A DNA stretch of 54,352 bases, counting the filler, from Squatina squatina (Eukaryota), in the NCBI GenBank assembly GCA_031763465.1. It is 2 parts of 2 records of this genome, joined end to end, with 100 filler letters (N's around TTAATTAATTAA, not from the genome) between each part and the next. Parts side by side here need not be neighbours in the genome. Positions count along the whole stretch, not along the records: positions 22,777 to 54,352 come from JARFOE010000120.1; 1 more part is not named here. One strand, 5' to 3'. The notes under the pieces are model-generated. The model saw only the letters and a list, made by a program, of their open reading frames with translations. It did no database searches and was not told where the DNA came from. The translations under genes were made by a program, and so were the position numbers. Shown piece after piece: positions 45,907 through 54,352 of this stretch. Numbering within the stretch: the stretch's first letter is position 1; each line of letters opens with the position of its first letter.

Positions 45907-47499
45907 NNNNNNNNNNNNNNNNNNNNNNNNNNNNNNNNNNNNNNNNNNNNNNNNNNNNNNNNNNNNNNNNNNNNNNNNNNNNNNNNNNNNNNNNNNNNNN
46001 NNNNNNGCGCGAATATTTTGAGCAATTTTCAGGTAATTGTCGGGACACCAGGATGTTTCCTCAAACCGGGACTGTCCCAGCAAAACCAGGACGTCTGGTC
46101 ACCCTACATACAGGGGGCCTGGAAATTGGTCCACACAGCACCCGTTAGAAGTAAGACAACAGCAACAACAACTTGGATTTATATAGCTCCTTTAACGTAA
46201 TAAAAACATCCCAAGACACCAATACATTGCGCACCGTGCTAGTGTTTTGTAATGAATGCCTGTGCTACTGAGTGAAAGAGTAACAATGATATTAAGAAAA
46301 GGGCGATACTTAGTGGGTAGTGCCGATGCCTCCAAATTTTCTCTCTCCACTCATTCTCCGACGTTGAGTAAAACATGTTTCTGGCCCATTTCTCAGAACT
46401 CTGAACAGCTCTTTGACAATGGGAGACCCCCTTGCTAGTATACCCTCACTCCCAATGATTGTAAGCAGGCTGAAGCATATTATGCACATCCAGATGTTAG
46501 AAATTGGCAGAACACACAAACAGCTATCCTTGCTGGCAGTCCACGTCCCTCCTTGTGTGAGTACATTGCAGAGCAGCACGCAAGCAAGTTTCTGGTGGCA
46601 GTGCTGAATCCGAGCCCTTCTCCCAACAATAGTGCGTCGGGGAAAGCGTGCCCTTTAGCTTTTCTGCAACAATAGTGTGCAGAAAAGGGTGAAATGTTGG
46701 CCCCATCCTTTGCATGCTTCTACCCTAAGAGTGCTGCGTGCACAATCTTGATTAGCGCCATGTGATCTATGCCGCAGTAGTAAAATTATGTATGCAAAGC
46801 AACAGATGCTTATTTTGGCACTTCTCCTGAAACAACAGAACCCCATCCCCATCTGTTCCTTATGGACATGCGGGCGCCTCCATTCACTCTCTCTGTAACC
46901 TTCATTCAAGAAGCTTTAACTACACTTCCAAATAGTGCCAACCTTTGCTACACTGCTTGCAACTGGATTTCTAAGGGACCATTAAAATGGGGAGAGTTTC
47001 CTCATTATTGTTGGCAGAAAAGAATTTGTTCAGCCAAACAAGAAAAGTACTCCCCTTTAATACTCCTCAAGAACTCTTTTTTTGCTGGATCTGCTGACTG
47101 CCCCTCAGCCAATTACCCTAAAATTAGGGGGAAAAGCTGGCTTTGCAGAATTTGGTGAGGACAACTCTCACCACTGCTGGCTGAAGCCTCACCCGCTGCC
47201 ATTGGGTCTCTTGTATTGTAGCGTTAGACCCTAGTAGACATGCAAAACATTTTACATGAATATCTGATGCAATTTTACAACTTGTTCACTGGAATTGAAT
47301 TTTTTCCTACGAAACCCAATTTGAAAGGAAACTCCATGTGTGAAGGCACTCCAAGAGCCTTTGGATTTTTTTTTTGTTATTCAATTTTACATTACCATTT
47401 TAATATGCTGTTTTTGTTTTTTTAAATATTCACAATTTTTCATTTACTCATTACAGTAAGTTTAGTTTTAAATATATCAAAGTCGATTAGCGTGCGCAA

Positions 47500-47905
47500 A
47501 GAAAGAAGTGGCATTTCTATAGTGCCTTATCACAGAAGATATCCTAAAGCGTTTCACAACTAATAAAATTACATTTGAAATGTGTTCACTGGGCAGCTGC
47601 AGCAATCAATTTGTGCACAGCAAGGCCCAACAAACAAAGTGAATTGAATTACTTGTTTATCTGTTTTTGCTTGAGGGAGGAATATTGGTCAGGACATCAA
47701 GTGAGCTCCCTGCTATTATTTGAATAGTGCCATGGGATCTGTTATGTCCACCAGAACGGGCAAACAGAAGACAACACCCCAATGATATAGCACTCACTTA
47801 GACTGCACTGAAGTATCACCCTCGATTAAATACTGAAGTCCAAGAGTGGGGCTTGAACCCATAACCTTCTGACGTGAGAGGGTTGTAAACTGAGCCAAGT
47901 CACCA
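47500..47905 (-). mobile_element. Deu-domain SINE
   Basis: aatagtgccatgggatct...gtccacc and gagtggggcttgaacccataaccttctgac...actgagccaag (reverse head). Confidence 0.78.
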
Positions 47906-48289
47906 GAAAGGGAACTATAAGCAAATCATTCACAAGGTGTGACCGGAACAGGTGGGAAAAAAAAAGGCACATGGAAAAGAATTCTCCCACTTCCAACATT
48001 CACGAGAGCTCAAGGAGCCACAAGACATCCAAATGTAGGGTGTTGTGGTAGACAGCAAGTGAAGGTATACTTTTTGAAGGTGGTTGGTTTGGAAGAGCCA
48101 CAAATACACTATTTCATGGTTGAACTGGTACTAAAGGAACAAAAGACATGTTGGGGAGATCAACAAGTACCTGAGCTATACTGGCCACANNNNNNNNNNN
48201 NNNNNNNNNNNNNNNNNNNNNNNNNNNNNNNNNNNNNNNNNNNNNNNNNNNNNNNNNNNNNNNNNNNNNNNNNNNNNNNNNNNNNNNNN

Positions 48290-49165
48290 TTGCAATCTTC
48301 CAGTCCTCTGGCACCGCCCCCATATCCAAGCAAAGTCGGAAGGTTGCGGCCAGATCCTCTGAAACTTTCACCCTTACTTCCCTCAGTAACCGAGGATGCA
48401 TCCCATCTGGGCTCTGTGACTTTGAAGACTGCCAACCTTTTAAGTCCCATCTCTTTATTTTCATCCTGTCCAATATCACTACTGCTTCCTCCTCCTTCAC
48501 TGTTACATTGGCAACATCCTCTTCTCTGGTGGAGAAAGATGCAAAGTCCTCATTTAGTACCTCAGCCAGGCCCTCTGCCTCCACAAGAAGATCTTCTTGG
48601 TCGATAATCAGCCCCACACTTCCATTGACTACCATTTTACTACTTATATTTATAAAAGACTTTTGGGTTCCCTTTTATGTTAGCCACTAATCTAGTCCCC
48701 TGGTCCCTCTTTGCCCCTCTTATCCCCATTTTTAGACCTCCTCTGTACTTTCTATAGAGTACTTCTATACAAGTAGAGCTTGGTTCTCTACTGTATTATG
48801 AACCGTACAAATGTCATAAGCCTCCTTTTTCTGTTTCATTTTAAGCTATGTATTTTTAATCATTCAGGGAGCTCTAGCTGAGAAAGTCCTTCCTTTCCCC
48901 CTCATAGGAAGGTGCCTACTCTGTACCTGAACAAGCTTCTCGTTGAAGGCCTCCCATTATTCATTTAATGTTTTGCCTACCAATTTTTGATTCCAATCCT
49001 TTTTCCACTCACTGAAGTTAGTCCTCCTCCAGTTAAATATTTTTACACTTGATTGTATCTTGTCTCTTTCCATGACTGTTCTAACATTGATGATATTATT
49101 ATCACTGTTCCCCAAATGCTCGCCCACTGAAACATACTCCACATGCCCCACAGAACTAGATCCAG
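48290..49165 (-). mobile_element. CR1 LINE ORF2 fragment
   Basis: VSVGEHLGNSD.NII, AEVLNE.FAS.STRE and SPDGMHPRLLREV...VPEDWKIA motifs. Confidence 0.9.
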
Positions 49166-51837
49166 NNNNNNNNNNNNNNNNNNNNNNNNNNNNNNNNNNN
49201 NNNNNNNNNNNNNNNNNNNNNNNNNNNNNNNNNNNNNNNNNNNNNNNNNNNNNNNNNNNNNNNNNTAATATTGGATTGATGTCCTGAAATTTTGATACGT
49301 TTGAAAGGCCACAGAAAGTTTTCAGCAGCCTCTCTTAATGGAAGTTTTTCGTGTGATTTTTTTTTTTTCTCATCTCCCTCAAGAGATTAAATTGGGGTGA
49401 GTCCATTCCCAGGCAGAATGCGCAGTTTGTTAGAAGGAAAATGCCCAAGTGGCCAGCTCTTATTTTCTGTTGTTTTCTTATCACTGGAGTTTCCACGACT
49501 GTTGCACTCTGCCTCGCTGATTTATAATCACAGAGTTGGCTGCATGGAAGGGATAAATGGGTCAGGGAATCCTGCAGCAATTTTTTCAGGGCAGTGCATC
49601 CGTAAACTCATAACTGTGTTCAGTAAAATGTAGGAGCTGCTTAATAACAGCGCTTCTTGTACAGAGGAAAGAATAAAAATCTTTTTGCAACCAGGGAATA
49701 TTGTCAAGAGTTGCCACAGAGGCAGGCAGTGTGACGCCATCAGCTTCTTGAGTAGCTGTGAGGAGCTTACAAAATCCAGGTTCCAACACCGCCAGCCAGG
49801 AAGGCCGTAACAGTGGTTTTAGGGATAACAATCTGAATATCAAGGTTTCACTGGGAGAGATTCAAACAGTAGCTCTGAAAGGGATTCTGCCTTCCCTGCT
49901 TAAACTACCTCTTCCCTCTGTCAAGTATGTAGGTCGAAGAAAAACAAGATGGTCCCCTCCCCCTCTGGTGTCTGTAGCAGCCAATTGCTTGCAGGCAGTG
50001 TGAGGTAATGAGGCTTGTTTTCATTTGCAATGTGTCATTTCAAAGAAAGTGCACCAAGTGCTAACTCCAACATCAGATCAGCCCCTTCGTTTTGACAGCA
50101 TAGGCCTGTTTATTCTGATGTGTAAATGGGTCAGTTTAATGTCCTGTTATTCACTGCCTACTGTGATGTAGGAATATCAAGATTTGAAGTTAAACTCTGT
50201 TTGACCTGGAGAACTTTTCAAAAACATTAACAAGACTCAGAATTACTACAACAAATACTTAATAGAATTTTTAAAAAAGCATCAAAATATGATTTGCCTG
50301 TATCCCCAGTCCTTCTCTCCAGGAACACAGATTGGGGAAATATAAACTGACCAAAGTGGCAAAACAAGGGTATTCATTTCTTAAATGGTACAGAGACAGC
50401 ACACGATTGTATATGGAGATTGATATGGAGTCAGATCAAAACAAATGAGCAAGAGTACTAACTGGAGCAGGATTAAAAGACAGTCCCAAGCAAAATTCAA
50501 ATCTAATAAACTCTGTTGATACATTTATAAAGATACCATACAAATGACATTGAGTTTTCAGGTAATTTGACCCAGCACTCATTTTTTTATACTTTATAAT
50601 AAAGTCTTTTTTTGGGTACTTACATTTTTGAGAGAACTATATTATTCTAAGACCCCATAATAGCTTTAACCTCAAGAATTTGCAGGGGAAATTTTCTAAT
50701 CTCATTTTAAAACATTATATGCAATGCAGTTAACCTGCAGACTGGGCCACCATCCTCACGGCAATTTCAAGTTTGTGTGTAAAAATAAGCAATGTCTTTA
50801 GTCTGTTTCAAGCACCCCGATTAATCTTTGCTTCAAGTGGAGCAAGAATGCGGGGAAATGAAGCTAAGCGAGCAAACTTCCAGTTTCCATATGTAGCTTT
50901 AAGAATGCTGATCTTTATCACCAACCTAACCACAAATGTGGCAAGTTTAACTAAGCAGAACAATATAGCCCCAGTATACTGCACCACAATATATCGTGCA
51001 TTGCTCCTAGATGCTACCAAAACCTAGTTATTTTGCAAATTTTCAAAGGGGAGGAGGGAGTGATAATGGCAGTGATGAGTTACACCAGGCTATTTTGATC
51101 TTTACAAAGATAGTGCACAACACCACGAGATCCAAGAAATGGAATGCTTTGATTAAAAGGAGAGAAAAAGTTAGCATGCATATNNNNNNNNNNNNNNNNN
51201 NNNNNNNNNNNNNNNNNNNNNNNNNNNNNNNNNNNNNNNNNNNNNNNNNNNNNNNNNNNNNNNNNNNNNNNNNNNNNNNNNNNGTCGGAAATACACAACT
51301 TTATTGTTAGTGTGAACCAGTAGCTGCTTCACTCCAATGGTAAAATTATGTAAACGTACCCTCTATTTGCCTAATACTTGGTACCCTAGATTTAAATAAA
51401 TTTCAGTTTATGCACAGGTGTGTTTCAGAGCTTTTCAAGAAGGAAAAAGCTGTGAGTCTTCGATGTGAAGTATAATCTGTTTAAAACCAGCAAAGCATTT
51501 CCTTTTTGCCGACCTACTTACTGAGATTTAATTCAATTTAACAAGTGCCCCGAAGCTTGTTGCACGAGATTATTTGTATGTGTTGGTCAGTAATTAAGAT
51601 CGTTTGATATCCATTTGGTGTGTTCTCGCTCTGATGTCCATCTCTTCAAAGAAGGGAGTCTGCAAATGATTGCAAGTAAATTGGTCTGAGTCTTTCTGTG
51701 AATTTAATGGGATGATACCTGCTGTTCACAAATGTTCAAGCTAAAGATCACTGGGAGCGGGAGCTGCCACCCCCTGCAGCATTTAGATTCAACATCAGTC
51801 TTTCCAGTCAATTAGCTTTTATTTGCTGCTTTGGTTT

Positions 51838-51910
51838 CAACAACAACAACAACAACAACTTACATTTATATAGGGCCTTTTAGATAGTAAAATGTCCCAA
51901 TGCACTTAGT
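51838..51910 (-). mobile_element. SINE/L2-type 3' tail with (CAA)n microsatellite
   Basis: (CAA)7-cttacatttatatag...aaatgtcccaa, the same tail as at ~16657 and ~46157. Confidence 0.7.
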
Positions 51911-52929
51911 TTTCATAGAAATAGGCTGCCTCTAACACTTCGGGACATCTTGGTTATACAATCTGTGACCGCAGAGTGTTCAGGAATTTATACTGTGTAT
52001 TCCAGGGAAGGTGTGTATTTTTTCAATTTTCTCCCTTCCTCACCTGAAGCTGGTGACTGTTATTGGACACAGGCACTTTGCCCTTCAGTACCACACCCAA
52101 GTCATAATTCTTCATGTGTGAACCCAAACAGTGAGCGCTGGCAGCTATGTGCTCATTGCAGGGGGCACAGGGAAAGCACCATGTCCAAGACCAGCCCAAT
52201 TCTGCCTTCATTCAGCACCCATAAAGATGCAGCTTCCAGTGGAGGCGGGTTCACTGGATAGGACGTCAACTAGAATCCTAGCTGATTTCTGCACCCCCAC
52301 CCCACTTTAGCCCAGGGCCACCCTAAGGCCAATTGTAGGACCCCAAATGCTGCTCTGGTTGAAATCAGCTAATTAATCACAGGCCAAGGCAAAGTACAGT
52401 GGGTCCACCAATTCCAAAAGGACAAAGAACAGGTCAAATNNNNNNNNNNGGCTTAAGGAGCCCAGATATATGCAGGGGTACTGATGGAAATCAACCAGCT
52501 AAAACCATGCAGCCTATCAGCACAAAGCATTGGTAAGCTTCTTGCTCCTTGGCCAGCTGGGATCACCCAACACGTTGGGGTATTGATTTGCAGTTACCTG
52601 GAGCCAAGCTCCGAGTGATAAGTATGGTCCTCTGGATCTCACTAAGGAGTCAACATGCTGGTCAGTTATCAACATTGCCCAGGAGTGCTGTAGACCTGCC
52701 TAATACAGAAAATGGATTACCGAGTGCGNNNNNNNNNNNNNNNNNNNNNNNNNNNNNNNNNNNNNNNNNNNNNNNNNNNNNNNNNNNNNNNNNNNNNNNN
52801 NNNNNNNNNNNNNNNNNNNNNNNNNNNNGTGCATTTCCGAATCGTGCAATGAGGAGAATGTGTCCCATTTGAGTAAGTCTTCTTTCCAATACTGAAACAT
52901 TTGGTTTATTTTATTTTACAGAGCAATGA

Positions 52930-53067
52930 ATGAATAAGACCCAAGAAGAAAATGAGTCTGATACAAGCCTTAACTCTCCACCAACTTTTAAAAAGAAAGA
53001 AAAAGAAAAAAACATGTGCTGCTGCTGTCGCTTCCTGCCTCGCTACCTGCATGGTGCCTTCCCATAG
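52930..53067 (+). CDS. Candidate 45-aa small ORF or alternative first coding exon
   Basis: Strong acceptor ttttattttacAG (52921); MNKTQEENESDTSLNSPPTFKKKEKEKNMCCCCRFLPRYLHGAFP*. Confidence 0.3.
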   Translation: MNKTQEENESDTSLNSPPTFKKKEKEKNMCCCCRFLPRYLHGAFP

Positions 53068-54352
53068 TACTTTATGAATAGGCTGCTTAAAAGTTCATAC
53101 ATGAATCAGAAAAATGCTCTATTTTGTGAGACACTCGGGTTCATTGCCTGAAACCCTAAGAAATGTCACTTTAAAACAAATAATAAATATACAAAAAACA
53201 CAATCCAATGGATTGAGCTTGGTGCTCTCCACAGTGCTCCAATTAAGAGAGAGGGTTGTATTTGTGGAAGATGGGGATTGGAGAGCATGTGACCCAGGAA
53301 GTTCTGGTGTATATGGTCACTCTCGCCTGCTGGAACCACAACTATTCACCAGGAAATTCTTGAATAATATTCCAATGCAAAGAGCAGATGAGCCCATCTC
53401 ATTGGAATGGAGTTCACCACCCACCTGAGTCGGACTACCCAACATTGTTCATTCTGTGATGCTTTGGTGCTAGTGGTAATAAAACAAAAAGAAGGCTCTA
53501 AAAATCAATTCCTTACTTAAAATTGTTTGTATCATCTTTCTGGGTGATCCTGTTTCACAATAATATGGCGGTGAGCCCCATATAATGTACACTTTTATAT
53601 CATTTGTGCCCATTGAGTGCCCTGTATGTAGCATTGTATGTGTGTATCAGGGGAGTAGGTATTAAAAGCCAATGACCACCTTCCCCATGCCCCTCAGTGC
53701 ACTTGGAATTGATTTTTAGAAACCTTGCTTCATTCACTCCTCTTGAACTCTTGTTAAGAAGAACTAGACAGTGTGTGTTTTCTGTTTTTATGAAATGTAA
53801 ACAAAAGAACAAAGTGTTTATCCACCATGACAGGAATGCAAGCATGACTTATTGGCTATGTCACAATTTGATTGGCTAGATGTAGAACAATTTTTACAAA
53901 ATGCTGTATCATTGGCAAAGACCTTTTTTTGACACTGATTTTCACAAGAAGCACTTGCCTGTGTTTATGAATTATTGAAATATCTGCCCACCTGCCAGGT
54001 AGGCAAGATGCCTCGTTAAAATATTGTGCTTCTGTTCAATATATAGATAAATATTTCTTTTTTTTTCTTGCCTCCCGTTTCCATCAATTTCTCCCTTGCC
54101 TCTTCTCCTTGCTGGGATATGGTTCCATAGCTACTGGTTGATCTCTGTAACTTTCTAAATGTGTGACCCCAAACAGTGTGTGCTGACAGTTGAGACCCAT
54201 CCTGTCCTCTCGCCTCATTCACACCAATGAAGGGTGAGAAACAGGAATTCTGGCTAACTTTCCCTTCCTTAATCCAGGAACACTGACACCGACACCAATT
54301 GTATTGCCTCTTTCATTGCCATGAGTGAAGTCAGCTAAATTAACGTAGACTC

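Overview
This is eukaryotic (vertebrate) DNA, most likely from a cartilaginous fish (shark), judged from its Deu-domain tRNA-SINEs and CR1/L2/Penelope/Harbinger repeat landscape. It is not contiguous: about 35 short contigs (0.5-3.5 kb) are joined by 100-N spacers, and a TTAATTAATTAA six-frame-stop linker at 22721-22732 separates two blocks. The left block holds exons of POLN, IRE1 (ERN1/2), NAT8L, SLC5A6, NIM1K, HMGCS1 and ZNF131. The right block holds POLE (six exons), PXMP2 head-to-head with it, and two large KIAA1671 exons. Gene calls are by recognition of protein motifs plus splice sites, without database searches; repeat boundaries are approximate. The best novelty candidate is an exon/ORF at 32222-32679 encoding an ASC/CARD8-type CARD followed by a C-terminal transmembrane tail anchor, i.e. 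a possible membrane-tethered immune adaptor. Other leads are a hammerhead-ribozyme core in a Penelope terminal repeat, an Ingi/Vingi-like LINE, an intronic hairpin in POLE and a polybasic Cys-cluster small ORF.
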